A DNA stretch of 64,000 nucleotides from Eledone cirrhosa. Taxonomy: Eukaryota. A program made the position numbers and the translations under genes. The stretch spans positions 399,466,001 to 399,530,000 of the forward strand of contig OZ024740.1 in assembly GCA_964016885.1 (NCBI GenBank), written 5' to 3'. Shown one piece after another: positions 1-14,559 of this stretch. The notes under the pieces are model-generated. The model was not told the origin of the DNA. It saw only the letters and a program-made list of their open reading frames with translations, and did no database searches. The first letter of the stretch is position 1. Each line of letters begins with the position of its first letter.

Positions 1-709
1 ATATGGATAATGTTCAATTTGAACTCATGCAGTTTATTTGTTGGAAGAAAAATAGGGTCATGGAGGAGGGAGAGGGTCCAGAAATGTGTAATCTGGAGAA
101 GAAGAATTGAGAAGGGTAAAGTAAGATACAATAAAAAGGTGGGTGAAGAGAGGAAGTAAAATTGAACCAAAAGTCAAATTACACATGCTGAGAATTTACT
201 GGTTCATCACCAATCAAAAAAACAATAACAACTAAGATTTCTACCATAAGTACCGAATATGAAGGAACATATATATAGTTGATTATATTCACATCAACAT
301 TTGACTAGTAACTATTCAATCAACTGTAAATGAATGAAAGGAAAAGTTGATCTTCATGAGATTTGATCACAGAATATAAATGGATGTAACTTAACACAAA
401 ACATCATAATTATCATCTATCATTATTGCCAGTCACCCTACTCACAATAACTTTTTTTTTGTTATGTTTTGCACAAGAGTACAAATTTCAGAGATCAGGC
501 GTTAAATATTTCAAGGCATTTAGTTTGGTGTTATTCATTCCCACCACCACCCATATTTCTAGATTGTATGTATGTATGGAACTGCAACTCCCGATGGAGT
601 CATAAGGATGCCATTTTGATATACGACGTGTCTTCGTCATTTTAATCCTGGTGGAACCTAGCAACCCAAGGATGATATTTAAACTAATGCATACACACAC
701 ACATATATA

Positions 710-1200
710 AGTAGAATGGCCAGAGTAAAAACAGGGTGAAAAAAATTCAAGGAGTTGTCACCTCCATTAGTAACAAAGTGTTTCTGTCTCAGATTGTATG
801 ATACTTCTCTATGAATTGCAATGCTGTATGATAGTGTGATATGGGCATTGAATGCAAAGGATTTGCAAATACTACTAGATGTGTGATATTAGTGTTTATG
901 AATGACAGAACATAAGTGAGGTGAAATATAAAGTGGATATAAGAGGAATCAGATGTAGTATGCAAGAGAGAAGACTGACAGGTGTGGACCTATTATATGT
1001 ACGGGAGGGATGGCAACTTTATAAAGTGTAAAGCATTCAAAGTGGATAGAACTGAGGAAAACACAGGATGATGTGGTGAAGACTGATCTCAGGATGCTGA
1101 AACTGATGGAGATGACAAAGGACTACAATGCATGGCAGCACATAATGTTGGAGAATATCTACCAATGCAAGCAGAGGAAAACAAATGTTAATGACAGAGG
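710..1200 (+). mobile_element. Highly degenerate RTE LINE 3' fragment
   Basis: Decayed similarity to the RVRTGWKKFREL...GSETW...IRGIRC..QERRL segment of the intact RTE at 38460-41579. Confidence 0.65.
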
Positions 1201-3054
1201 CTGAGATGTATAATATCTGCATTTGGATCTCTCATCTAATATATTGGTGTTAAGTCTATTTCTTACTCGCACCCACTTCTTTGATACTCTCTTACCACTC
1301 TATCCCCCTATCACCTATTGATTATGGAGCTACCTATGTAATAAGGGATAGCATTAGATATATCCATATCCAATCTTCCTACCATTAATCTTTATCATTG
1401 TACTCATCTCTTTCATCATGATAGTAACGTAGCAAGGGATTGCATCAGATCTGTTTGTATCCGATGCACCCAACAACCACCATTCAGTACTGGTAGCCAC
1501 CCCTCCCTCTCCTCTATGTCACTAATCAGTGACATCTATCACTTTGTCTTACAACAATTTATACTAAGATCCATCACTCACCCTCTCTCTTACCAGTAAA
1601 CAAGTAACTGTTATCATTGCTGCTTTGTGGACGCAGCATGGGCTGAATCATTAAGAAGCTTGCTTCTCAATCATAAGGTCCTGGGTTCAACCCAAACCTT
1701 ATGAGTGAAATTGGGTAGACAGAAACTATATGGAAGCCTGTGGGATGGATTGTAACCATATTTTAATAGACCAGCCATGTCACGCACTGTGTTATGTTGA
1801 ACCTTTTTGAGTTATATTAAGGGTACATGTCTCTATGGAATGCTCAGTCACTTGCATATCAATTTTATGGCTGTTCCATTGATCAAACAATTGGAATACT
1901 CATCCTTGAAACCAATGAAGGTTTATTCCATCACTACCTTTCATTACACCCTGCTATCACTGCTTCTCTTTTCTCTGATACCCCCTCAGCCCAATCACTT
2001 TGTTTCTCCCATCATACTCTTACTTTTTTAACCCTCTCACCCTAGAGTAGTGGGGCTCTTTAGTCTTGCAGAGTGCAAGGCAGCCTCCCTAGTGCTGGTG
2101 CCATGATAAAATGCACCCAGTAAATTCTGTAATGTGCGTAGCAAATGAGTATAAATAACATAAGTTTGAAAGAACGCTTTAGTTTTGTCGAGAACATGAC
2201 AACATTTCCAGAGCTGGTGCCATGATAAAATACACCAAGTACATTCTGCAAAGTTGTTGATGTTATGAAGAGCATCCAGCCACAGAAACTATACTAAAAA
2301 TGGAACATATGAGGGAAACTTAGCTTTCTGATTTATTGGTTTGAATCATGATGACACATTCAACCCATATGAATAATGATGATGATGAACATACAAACAC
2401 ATTATGAACATACTCTTAAAAGATGAAATATTTGGTAAAACACGGCTGACTTAATTTGAGAAAGAAATATTTTATTTTTAAGAATAAGAAGAATATTTTA
2501 GTATCTTTTCAAAAACACTATAGGCAAGATAGATTATAGAAGAAAGGAAGTATTTATATGTAAATTTCAAATATGAGAATACAACAAAAAAAACATGCAG
2601 CGTTCTACATATCTGTGCCATATTTTGCTTGTTTATATTTTTATTTTATATGAAAAGGCCAGCCTGGAAAAACAGAATACCACTTGCACTTAATAAAGGC
2701 AAAATTAACATATATAAAACTAGAGAATGAAAGCATACATAATTATGTTTTAAAATTAAGAATGATAGATTGGATGAGTAGTATTAACACATTGACCAAA
2801 AACAGTGTTACCAAATACTAAATGTAACTTGTGCATTTGACTTGAATGTAAACTAATTGAAGTGATTAAGGAAAGGTTAAAAATTAAAGTATTTATGATA
2901 ACACTAATAAACTTAATGACACTATATTGCCACAACATAGATTATAGAAAAAGGCTATAAATGAACACTTGAACCCCAGTACACAACTAGTATAAATCCA
3001 AAATGGATGCCTTAGTGGCATTAGAAATCAGATCATGAAGATGAATCTAAATAA

Positions 3055-3366
3055 GTGTTTCTACTTTTGGCACAAAGCCAGCAATTACCCCAGTGCATTA
3101 CTGGTGCTTTATTTTATCGACTCAATAAGGATGAAAGGCAAAGTTAACCTCGGCAGGATTTGAACTCATGAATCTAAATAACTGTTTCTACTTTTGGCAC
3201 AAGTCCAGCAATTATCCCAGTGCATTACTGGTACTTTATTTTATCAACCCCGTAAGGATGAAAGGCAAAGTTAACCGTGGTGGGATTTGAACCCAGATTG
3301 TAAAGGGCTGTAACTCTGTGCTGCAAAGCATGGCGTCCGATGCTCTACCGATACTGCCAATCCACT
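3055..3366 (-). mobile_element. tRNA-derived SINE family 1 (tandem partial plus full copy)
   Basis: Shares the gttaactttgcctttcatcctta..gggttgataaaataaagtaccag core with copies at 10995, 15049 and 53698. Confidence 0.85.
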
Positions 3367-3649
3367 GATCTTGAATCTAAATAATGAAAAGCATTTAATT
3401 CAATGCTCTAACTTTCCTACCATGCCATTAGAATATCAAGATGGCTGGCACTATAATGAAGGAATACATGGTGGTAGTAAGAATATGCATTAACCAAAAT
3501 TAGCCTGTGGACTTCCAGCCGGTGCATGGAGAGGCAAGTTTATGCCAGCTATTGTCATGGGTCACTTGGCCAAAGACCCTGTTAAGATGCTGATTGTCTG
3601 GTTTGGGTAAAACCTCTCATTGGATAAAAATTGAGACAAGTTTATGATC

Positions 3650-4500
3650 AAGGTGGCCAGTTCCACACAGAAATGGGTTAAAAGGAAGTTATCCTTGAAA
3701 GTTTAGACAGAAGTGATAAAAGCATATATTACTTGTTACTGTATGATCATTGTGCTCTGCATTAGGTTTCATCTGACCAGGATAGTGTGTATGCACCTTT
3801 AGATCTTGAGGAAGAGATAAATTCCACTGATCCAAAGGTCCATTTGTTATCAACATCTGTGCATAAGGCTTGATATATAGTAGCTGATGATGTGCAGGTA
3901 TGCACTGAGGCTGTGGCATCTACAGAGATAACTGGCCGGTGAAAAGGTTTGGTCAACATTTGTATGGCACATTTTCCTGCAGCTCATCTCTTTGATGAAG
4001 GTCAAATGGATATCAAGATTGGTCACCTGGCATCTAGAAAGTTGTCAGTTTTCTATGAGTCAGGTAATGCAGTTGGTGGTACTGCACACCCTGCATTCTA
4101 TAGAGGGTCAATGGTGTTCAAGATTTAAGGAGATTTTGCATATCAATGAATATCAACTGAACACACTATTCTGGAGTTCTTTCAACACAAGAACTATGTA
4201 AAAATCCTACAAATCTCTGGCCTGGGAGTGGAAGCATTGCTGATTCAGGACAAATTCTATAGGCATGGTAGTGCTGTCAGCTAGGCCTCTCTGTGATGTA
4301 TGCAGAGTGACAAAACTATCCTGCATGTACTTGTTTAGTGTCTGAGTATCACTGACTTGTGGATTTATGCTGAACAGCTGCTGTCGCATATAAGAAAGAG
4401 TTGACTATCAGCCATGGCCACTGAGAGAATTGCTTCAATACTTTTTCTTTAGTTAGGAAGGGCAGGCAATTTTCCCCTTTTTGGTGGTTATGGTGAAAGA
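3650..4500 (-). mobile_element. Very degenerate LINE remnant (CR1/Jockey-like)
   Basis: Minus-strand QWNLSLP resembles the LWNSLP C-terminal motif; no intact ORF. Confidence 0.3.
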
Positions 4501-4954
4501 GATTGTGTCGTGGACAAGATTGAACAGGCTGAAAAGAGGCACTTTTCTCTTCATATAAGCCTGATTAAATTATTCAAGTTCCATTTAAAGACACAGGGTA
4601 TATACAAGAGGGAATTTGCTGAAATGTGTTAGAGAATAGAGAGAAAAGAATAGTTCATGTGTTTGAGTCTATTCTCAGTAAGCACAGTTAGGAGAGGGCA
4701 CCTGCCTTTGGTAATCAGGATAATACATAATCTGTGGGGTTCCTTGGTTAGCCCTATGTGGCTGTCCTCCCATTTAAAGGCTGCATTTCATACATTTTAT
4801 ATACATTTGTTTTCTATGCCTGATTTATTCATAATTGATTCTGCATTATTCTCCACAAATTTTATAATTTGTCCTTATAATGTTTCTTCACCCATTACCC
4901 TTGTGGCAAATAAAATAAATTATCACCATTATTATTATTATTATTATTATTATT

Positions 4955-6937
4955 CTTTGAGTCTCAGTCATTGATGTTATTTAACTGGAAAGTTTATTGA
5001 AATGAATATCAAGCCGCTACCTGCAGCCCCAGATATTCAGGACGTATCGGAGGGTTCTTGCTGTTCCCAGCAAGCATGCCTTTTGAAGTGTTCCAAAAAG
5101 CGGGGCTGGACTAATCTTCCTTTATAGTGAGTCTGGGCTAGGTGTTTACACTCAGATACAATGTGAGCCACAGTCTCCTCTCTCTCTCTCTCTCTCTAGA
5201 TCCTACGCAGTGGGCTAGCCTCCTCCTTGTAAATATGGTGTTTCACCCACTTCATTCAGAGGGCCTGCTCTTGCGCAGCCATTAGCATTCCTTCTGTAGC
5301 CTGTTTAAGGTCTCCTCTTTTTAACCAGTTCCATGTTTGTGGATATCTAAATTCAGTTTTCTTAAAGAAGGTATAATGAAGGGATTTTTCATGAAGGTTG
5401 CTCTTCCTCCTTGGACATCCCCTGGTCTATTGTCTTCTCCTTCAGTACAATTTTGAACATTGGCTCCCTACTATCAGTCACGTATTTGTGCAGGTTGTTT
5501 TTCTCCATCTGAACACAGTCCTCTATGCTGATAAGACCTCTTCCACCTTCAGATCTCTTTAAGTAGAGTCTATCGACATCACTCCTCTTGTGAAACATGT
5601 TGTAGATAGTCAATAGCTTCCTAGTCTTCCTATCCATTTCTTTTTGTTCAGCAACATTCCATTTCAGATTCCCCCACTGTACCTAATAATAGACACAGCT
5701 CGGGAATTAACTGCACTTATGACATTCCTACTATTTAGATGTGATTTTAATACGCTCCTTACTCTCCTTATGTACTCAGATCTTATCAATTCCTTAATTT
5801 TTTTGTTCTTGATGTCATCTGCCTCCAGAACACCTAAATATTTGTATCCTTCTTCAGTGTCAATTTTCTTTATCATCTCACCTGTTGGTACCTGGATTCC
5901 GTTGCTTCTGCTCAATTTACCCCTCCTCATCACTAGGACTCCACACTTATTAATACCAAATTCCATACATATATCATTGCTGAAAATACGGACAGTGTCA
6001 ACAAGTACATCCAACTCCTTCTCACTCTTCCCAAAGAGTTTAAGATTGTCCATGAAGAGAAGGTGGTTGATTGTAAGCTCTCTTTTTCCCAACTTGTATC
6101 CTGCTCTCACTTTTCGCAATATAATGGTCAGGGGTATCAGGGCAAGGACAAACAGCAGAGGGGACAAACTATCTCCCTGGAAGATACCTCTCTTGATCTT
6201 CACGCCTCCCAAGGATTCTCCAGCCGATGTTAACTCTGTTTTCCAGGACTTCATACTTTTGTTCGACAACTGTCTGATGTTATCTGCCACCTTGAAGATC
6301 TTCTAGATTACCAGAACTGTGGTACCTTTTGTCAACCACTCTGGTACCTCACCCGACATCAAGCAGTCATTGAACATGGTTGTCAGTTTCGGGTGAAGGG
6401 ATGTTAAATTTTTAATCCAATAACCCTGCAGACCATCTGGGCCTGGTGATTTCCAGTTGGTTAGTTTTTTGGCCTGCCTTTTAAGAATTTCAATTGTGAT
6501 ACTCAAATCAGTTTGTTGGTGTGCCTGTTCACTATCTCCTTTTGTACTGTCTCAATCCACACTGCCTGACTATTATGTTCAACATCCTGCTCCCATATTC
6601 CTCTCCAGAATATCTTAGTCTGTTCCGCCTCGGGGATCAAGTTGTTGCCTCTTTCTTTCCCTTCAAGCTGTGCAAACAACATCTGGTTGTTGTCAAACAT
6701 GCGGTTCTGTCTATACTGACTGACTCTGCTCTCATACCGCCTAATCTTTGCACTTTTTGGTACAATGCGTTGCTTCAGTTCCTCTATGATAATATTTAGC
6801 TTTTCCCCCCTAGTTTTATACTTTATTTCCAATCTATTTTTAGTGTCTAAGTTTTGTAATGTCCCATTCAGTAGGGACTCAAGCTTTCCAATGTCTTTTC
6901 TCATTTCCTTGATTTGACCATTCAGTCGTTTCTTCCA
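4955..6937 (-). mobile_element. 5'-truncated, internally deleted R4/Dong-like non-LTR retrotransposon
   Basis: NWKSPGPDG, RGIFQGDSLSPLLF, HLLFMD, YKYLG, DVDRLYLKRSEGGRGL motifs across broken ORFs; (TTA)n at both ends. Confidence 0.85.
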
Positions 6938-6999
6938 TATTATTATTATTATTATTATTATTTATACTGCTGTAATTGCCTAAGACAAGCTCTTTGAAT

Positions 7000-9286
7000 T
7001 CAGTTGTGCCATGTTCTTTACAATAACATTGCTATTAATTCCTTTCAGGTTTTTTCTGTGCATATGCATGCATAGGTGTGTGTATGCTTAATGGCTACTG
7101 TATAAAAGTATTCTATTTTCATTTATTAGAAGCGAAGTAGATTTCGCATAAAGTTGACATATAAAAAGAGACCTGCATATAATAATTTTCATGAGAAAAA
7201 AAAATGATGTAATACTAAGGAAAAGGTGTGGTGGTGAAGCTAGTGGTAGAAGTGTGGGTTGCTAACATCTGTAATATGCAAGGCATGGTTGAAAAAGAGA
7301 CATTAAAAACAAACCCAGAATGAATGATTATTCTTCTCACAGAGTTAAAATATGCTTTGATTTGTTCAGTGCCCAATCTACAGAAATAATTCATCTTATG
7401 ACACAAAGGGACTCTTCTATTGAAATACTAACAGGTTGTATTAAATTTCAGAAATACATCTTTGTAAACATTTAAAATATGAGAAAAAAAAAAAAACAAC
7501 AATGTTTTTTCGTTAGTAGAAATAGAAAAAAAAAACAATAACAAAAAACAAAGAGGAAGAAGAAGAGCCAAGTGTTTAGAGGAGACAAAAACGTTGCTTC
7601 AGAGAAATACAAAAGAATGATAGAGAGAATACAGCAGATTTGTTTGTATTATGACTTTTTAGTTCTGTTTTACATTAATATATATTGTATTAATAGTAGG
7701 GTTAGTGGTGAGAGCTATATATATATATATATATATATATATAAGAATTGAATATTAGTAGAGAACAGTTAAAGCAGAGAGAGTGGTAAAGAACAAAAAA
7801 AAAAAAATGAATGCATTGGATATCATTAATTCTATAGCATCAGAAATGAAAACCCATTCAGTTAGATATTATTATTTTTATGATCATCATCATCATTATT
7901 ATTGTTAAAACTATGTAATACTATATAAAATACAGAACAATTTTTCTAACTGAAATATATTTCAGTTTGATATAAAAGCTTTTTTTTTTTGTATATAGGC
8001 ATGGGAAGAATGACAAAGAATCAGAAAATTATCTGATGGTTTTATTGCTAAAAATATAAAAAAAAGTGTGCCTATGTGTGTGTAATGGTGATGAGGGTGG
8101 TGAATGTGTGTGTGTGTGTACATGGGGGGGCACTATAAATAATAGGAATAAAAAAACTGTAATAATAACACATAAAAAAATATAATAAAGTAAAACATCA
8201 AAGGTTGATGTCAGGAAAATTGTGTAGAAATAGAATTTAGTCAAAATACAAGCTGGATAATATTGCATTTTTAATATTTTTTTGTTTATTTTTCTAATTT
8301 TTTTATGTATTTAAAAAAGAACACACACACGTATGTATGTATAAAAAATATATTCATTCTTTTTTAACTGACTACATTAAGGAAAGACATAACCCATATA
8401 TTTCCAACATGCTACACAACTTTCAGAGTAAAAAGCCTTACAAAGCTATAATAAAACATTGACAACATAATCAGAGATTATACAAAAATAAATATAAAGC
8501 CATAAAAAATATATATCGATATAAAAAAAAACATTAAAGAAAGGGGGGAAAATGGTATATATCATTTATTTTTTTGTTTTCTACCCTGAGTGAAAAAAAA
8601 ATTTTGTGGCAATTTTATGGTGCAACATTAACTATTTGATTTTAGAATTGTTCAAACACTTGGGTGGTGATCGTGGTGGGAAGAGATTATGATGATATAT
8701 TTTTTTTATATATATAAACACACACATATATATAAACGCAGTTTTTTTTTATACCTCACCAGTTAACGTCTAATCTTTGAACAGACACCTCTCAGATGTT
8801 TTACACTGCATACACACGTAGTGAGAGAAAAAAAATAAGACACTGCGTGGTGCAAGTATATTAAATGTGTGTGTAAAGACAGAGGGAATGAGTATATTGT
8901 GTGATCTAAAAATTGTATATAAACATGCAAGTGCACTACATATACACACCCATGCTCACAAAAAATACAGCTACAAATGCACATACACACACCTGGGCAG
9001 AATGAATGTCTTTACAGTATGGTGTGATTACCTAGTGGTTGCAGGGGAGTTAAGTAGTTAAATTGTTTTGGGGTGTTGTGTTCTGAATTACGTAAGTTAC
9101 TATAATGAAAAGTGAATGCGAAATTCTATAAACAATTACTTTTTATTTTATACTAAACAATCATGGATGTGGCATTAAAGAATGAGTCACTTTGGTTTTA
9201 GAGAAATTAACTCCAGTTATATAACCAAATCTCTCACATAAACAACAACAACTGTACATGCAAACACCTAAATCTTTATCCCATCA
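7000..9286 (-). other. Putative long 3' UTR / TE-depleted region of host gene
   Basis: No recognisable TE. U-rich on the minus strand, with minus-strand AATAAA (plus tttatt) near 9142, 8565, 8285, 8042 and 7122. Confidence 0.3.
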
Positions 9287-9475
9287 CTACAAACACAACA
9301 GTGTTCCTCTTAAAACTGGTACAGTCAAGTACCATACAGCAAAATTTAAGCTCCTAACAAATTGAAACTGCACTGCTTGGTTTAAACTCTCAATCAATGA
9401 TGCAAGATCACTTTCCTGATGCTGTTTTTGCCTTAGGAATGAAGCAGGGATGTCACAAAATCCAGCTAGCATCTT
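9287..9475 (-). CDS. SOWAH: Candidate terminal coding exon (KMLAGFCDIPASFLRQKQHQESDL...*)
   Basis: atattttag acceptor; phase-0 frame coincides with ORF 9287..9472. Followed by about 2.2 kb of TE-free, U-rich (minus) sequence with AATAAA motifs. Confidence 0.4.
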   Translation of the reverse strand, partial: KMLAGFCDIPASFLRQKQHQESDLASLIESLNQAVQFQFVRSLNFAVWYLTVPVLRGTLLCL

Positions 9476-10639
9476 CTAAAATATAAGGACCTTATGACTA
9501 ATATAAGGACCTTATGCACTCATTAACAATCTCTTAGTATTATAGGCAGTATTTACATTTTTTTATACTCATGGTTTTGAGCTTAGATCTAACCCTACTT
9601 AACTTTGGTTTTTATCCAGAAAGGGTCAATATTACAAGTTTACAAGATTACAAGTTTCCCTGAAAACAAAATGAAACAATATCAACACTTCTGCACAAAC
9701 TGATATTTAAACCAACTAAATCATGTGGATAGTATCCTGTTTCTTCCTCCTTTATCATCTCACGAATCATAACTAGATAAATACTTAAAGTTACTCAAAT
9801 GAGAATTACAATATGTGAGAAGATAAGGAATTAGTCTCCTATTTGAATTGTTAAAGGGAAAGATATACCTCTATCTAAAACACTACTTAGAAGTGAAATG
9901 GTCAAGTGGATAGAATATTGGTATTCCACTTCATAGATCATAACTTTAAATACACAACAGGTATTTTGTTATCTATTAGGACATTTTATTTCACATACCT
10001 CTAATATTTGGAGGGAATTGAGGTGGTAGGAACCTGTCAAATACATATAAGAATAGATAGATATTCATTACTAAAGTTGGCATAAGGAAGGGCATCTTGC
10101 CGTAGAAACCAAGGCAAAATTAGCCCTGCATGAATGAAACAAGGTCCTTTGACCATATCTCTCACAAAGGGACAGCCCATCCTACCCATGCTAGCGTGGA
10201 AAATGGACGTTAAACGATGATGATGATGAAAGCTAAAATTTGAAAATATAGATTAAAATCTTATGTAAAGAAATTGATAAATAAGGATTATAAAATATGA
10301 AATAGATATTAGTCTATCAAGTACATATCAAATAAGGTTAGTATTATAATATTGCTCTTGAGATATGCTGCTTTGGTGAGGAAGGTAATTTGTGAGGAGA
10401 TTCACGAGAAACAAAATTAATTTGAAAGACTTGCTGTACAGTTAGAGAACTTAGGGGATCAGAACCAACATCAAAAAAGAAGATAAAAAATATTCAATGC
10501 TCAAGGTTGAAATGAAAGAAAGTAAAATGATATGAGAGAAAGAGAGAGAGGGAGATGGTGATATAATCAGGTGGAGAAAGAGTTGATAAAAGATAAAGTT
10601 TGAAAACTAGATATTTATGATAAGGAAATCTAGACTTAC

Positions 10640-10677
10640 ATTTACATCAGGTGGTTTAATTCCTCCCCCCATTAAAA
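10640..10677 (-). CDS. SOWAH: Candidate SOWAH-like exon (LLMGGGIKPPDVN)
   Basis: tatttttctctatttttgtgataatag acceptor, gtaagt donor, 38 nt. Open in phase 1 and ends in phase 0. Confidence 0.55.
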
Positions 10678-10994
10678 CTATTATCACAAAAATAGAGAAA
10701 AATAAGTAAAAATACATTAATGAATAATTATACAATTATTAATTGGACTAGCTAAAACAAAACATAGGAAAGAAACCAATATTAAGATTGAACCATAGAA
10801 ATAATGTTTCACTTGGTCTTCCACTGCTTGTACTATCTGATGGTTGTGATTCCTAGCAGAAACATCATTGCTTCCAATGACAGGTGTGATTTGAACTCAG
10901 AACATACAGCTGAAATAAATACCACAAAGAATCTTATCTGACATTTTAACAATTCCATCAATCCACTACTTGCTGGCCTATTATTATATTTATG

Positions 10995-11168
10995 TTTCCA
11001 CTTTTGGCACAAGGCCAGCAATTATCACAGTGCGTGACTGGTACTTTATTTTATCGACCCTGTAAGGATGAAAGGCAAAGTTAACCTCAGCAGGATTTGA
11101 ACTCAGATCATAAAGGGTCGTAACTCTATGCTGCAAAGCATGGTGTCTGACTCTACTGATTCTGCCTG
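10995..11168 (-). mobile_element. SINE family 1 copy
   Basis: Same core and tail as 15049-15240. Confidence 0.85.
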
Positions 11169-13579
11169 ATGTATCATAAGGTACAAAGTTATACATTTAT
11201 AGAGAAAGGGAATTAGATTTTGTGTTGTTCAAGCAAGTGTAGTAGTGGAAAAATAACTTTTCAACTAGGAACTAGAACTGGATCAACACTCTACACAATA
11301 GTGTGTCACTTGACCTGCTAAAGCTAGCAGCCAAATTACCTCCACATTTACTTCAGATCCCATTCTTGAAAATAGAAAGATCACATTAGATAATGTAGTT
11401 CTACACACTGCTACAGAGAGAGGATGGGATCTCATTGATTACAAGTCAGCTCATTCAGAGATGACAACAGCAACACCAGTGAAACAAGTGAAATCTAATA
11501 GTTCTAATCAGGAATACTAGAACTGCCAATCTGACTAGCAGAAAAACCCAAAGAGATTGGAGAGAAATGAGTCAAGTATGTTTCTTTCAATTTAAAACAT
11601 TATCCTGCATGAAAAACAGAGCACAAATGAGCTGAGAGAAAGTCAGAACATTAATGGTATCAGACACTATGTGCAGGATGAGGTGAGATAAGAATGATTG
11701 AAATCGTGATATATCACACTGCAGACTATTAAACCAGAGCCAGCATGATGTAAAAAAATATTTAAAAAAAAATGTTAAAAGATGACAGTTTTCATTGTTA
11801 GGTATAAATCCAATGTTAATGACTCATTTCAAGACCTTCAAGACAAGTGAAATGGAGAAAAGTATCCTAAATACAGGCAACCTAGCTTGAATGCTAGCAA
11901 TAAAATGGACTGAGGCACTCAAAGGCAAGGTGGTGATGTTAAACTGGTAGATGGATTTAGTTTACTACTCAAACAGGCCACTGCAGAATCAAAACAAATA
12001 CTGCAAGGCATCTCACCTGACACACTAACAGTTTGAATTCAAATTGTAGAAAACCTAAATAATCACTGAAAGGTATTTTGTTATGTTATAATAACTTTGA
12101 CAATTTGGCACCATAAACTGTAGTTAACATCAGCAACATCTGTATATTACCGATAATTATTTTAACAATCTCAAAAATGAGATTCCAGTAATTGAAATTG
12201 GAACTGCAGAGTAAAAAAAAAAATTACCTTTTTATATTGATCTTTCCATCTCTCTGTAATAATACTGATTACTATAATAAGGATTTCTTATATTAGATTA
12301 GACCACAACATTGTAGACAATAAAATCATATTTTATCAAGCTTAGTATACTACTAGTAGGAATTATTATAAAGTCCAAAAGGATAAAATAGTACAAATGT
12401 TTAGGTGAAAGGTAGAATAGAGTGAATTAGCTTTTTGCCCTTCTAACGTTTCTGATACACAGCAATAATCATATTATAACAGTGAAACTTGCCTTTGTGA
12501 GTTGAATTCATAATGTAAAGAGCTGTAACCAAATATGGCAAGGAATATTGTCTAGGACTCTATTCGGACTAGTTTTCCTCTGAAGACAATGAAGTCTACT
12601 TTGAATGAAGAGGATATTGTTTTCTTTTAGAATTTACTGTTCAGTTTAGGAAGAAAGGGCAGTGTCCAAACTACTTTCAAAGGTCACAGGGACTGATAGG
12701 AGAGAGGGAGGGAGCTATAATCAAACCGTGGGGCTGGCGTGAATGTCTGCACCAGAATGAACTCTGCTAAAGTAACTCAAGGGACAGGTGGTGGCATCAA
12801 AACAGGCGACAGCCACTGTAGTATTCGAACTTAGAATGCATAGAGCTCAAACAATTACTATAAAGCATTTCATCTGACACTTTAACAGTATTTCTGTTAA
12901 TCTATTGCTTTGGATTTGGTACTGTATTTTATCAACCCTGGAAGGGTGAAAGGCAATGTTAACATTGCCACAATTTGAACCAAAGAGCAGAGAACCGGAA
13001 CAAATACTGCAAGGCATTTTGTCTCATGATTTAACGATATTGCCATTTAATACTGAATATATTACTATTTGTTATATCACCTTCTGGCGAGATGTCATGT
13101 AAACACAATTTCAACAGAAATCTTTAGTAATAAATAAACATGACTGAAAATATAACAAGAAAGATAACTGCAACAATTTTATCAAGAGTTATCTCCTTCC
13201 AAATTATGCAAATTGACTAGAATTACTTTGGAAACAAACACAGAATTAAAAAAAATTCTTTTAACATTCTTAAAAAAAAAAGAAAAAAAAATCCTTAAAC
13301 AAGGTAGTTAAATATTTGATTTATCAATGTTTAAATTTCTTTTCTTTACAATTTAAATGTAAATTATTTACTCAACATCACAGACTATTGTGTAACAATG
13401 TAACAATTCTAAAGCCATTTTCAAACTTTAAATGTGTGTGCTTATATATATATATGTATATATATATATGCATACATACACACACAACACAAGTAATAGG
13501 ATATATATATATATATATATAATACGTATGTTCTTTTAAAAAAAGTTACATATTGATAAAAAGTTTCAACAAAAAAAAA

Positions 13580-13720
13580 GTTTCTAATTTTAGGCACAAG
13601 GCCAGTATTTTGGGGGAAAGGGGAAAGTCGATTAAATCGACTCCCAGTACATAACTGGTCCTTTATTTTATCAACCAGGAAGGATGAAAGGCAAAGTTGA
13701 CTTCAGCAGGATTTGAACTT
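13580..13720 (-). mobile_element. SINE family 1-related copy
   Basis: aggatgaaaggcaaagttgac...ggatttgaac core. Confidence 0.7.
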
Positions 13721-13944
13721 CACACCAAAATAATAACAAATAAAAATTTGATTTTAAAATCTATTAATGGTCAATAAGTTTGTATGTGTATATATATATA
13801 ATTATTAGTAGCTAATGCCTATGCTTTAGATTTTGTAAGAAGCACTAGCAGCCAAAGAAAGATGTTGAATTTTATCCTTTATGTTTCCATGAGGAATAAT
13901 ACTACGGATTGGTGATACTGGATAAGTATCCAAAGATTGCTTAC

Positions 13945-14025
13945 GTTGGCACCGGGCTGATGCAGAACTGCTGAGATATTGCTTTGGTTTCTTACCACTA
14001 TGGTCCCGAAGATTTGGGTTGGCTT
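13945..14025 (-). CDS. SOWAH: SOWAH-like exon (KANPNLRDHSGKKPKQYLSSSASARCQ)
   Basis: ttttttaacag acceptor, gtaagc donor, 81 nt, phase 1/1. Joins the previous exon to give Y-K-ANPNLRDHSGKKPKQYL, matching the SOWAH RDYSGKKxxQYL signature. Confidence 0.9.
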
Positions 14026-14176
14026 CTGTTAAAAAATAAAAACAAATGTAAAAATTGAGAGAGAGATGAAGAAATTAGTATATGCCAAGTTGATTTTAGA
14101 TTCATAATCTACCAAAATTACAATTCATTACATAGTTGGAGAATTTCAAACATTTAATTTTTTGAAAAATGTTGAA

Positions 14177-14395
14177 TGCATTTACATTACTCAATATTTA
14201 CAATTATATTTTCACAATGAAAGCTTTACTTCACATAATCATCTCACATAATATCGAATCTATGAGATTTTGATATTATTTATTTTGAGAACAATACCTT
14301 AACATCAGTATGAGTGGCCTGTTACAGGTGGTTTGAACAGAAAAAGGTTAGAGAATTCTGGCCGGATATGGTCGGTTTAAATGCTAAAGGGTTAA
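14177..14395. mobile_element. piggyBac-like MITE, left end truncated
   Basis: Homologous to 23886-24085; ends taaatgctaaaggg-TTAA. Confidence 0.75.
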
Positions 14396-14559
14396 AGAAT
14401 ATATCCATAACATTTCTCGCAGTCAATCAGCCACATGTGAGTGTGTGTGTATTTATATGTATATATATATAAATACAAATATAGATATAGTACTATCTCA
14501 AATAAGCCTCAGAATTGACCAAAAGTGATAAAAGCTAACCTTGCACAAATATATCCCTC

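Noticed and set aside
7215-8806. Other exon-like segments (8761-8806; acceptor near 7258)
   Set aside because: Early stops and no homology support; not included in the gene model.
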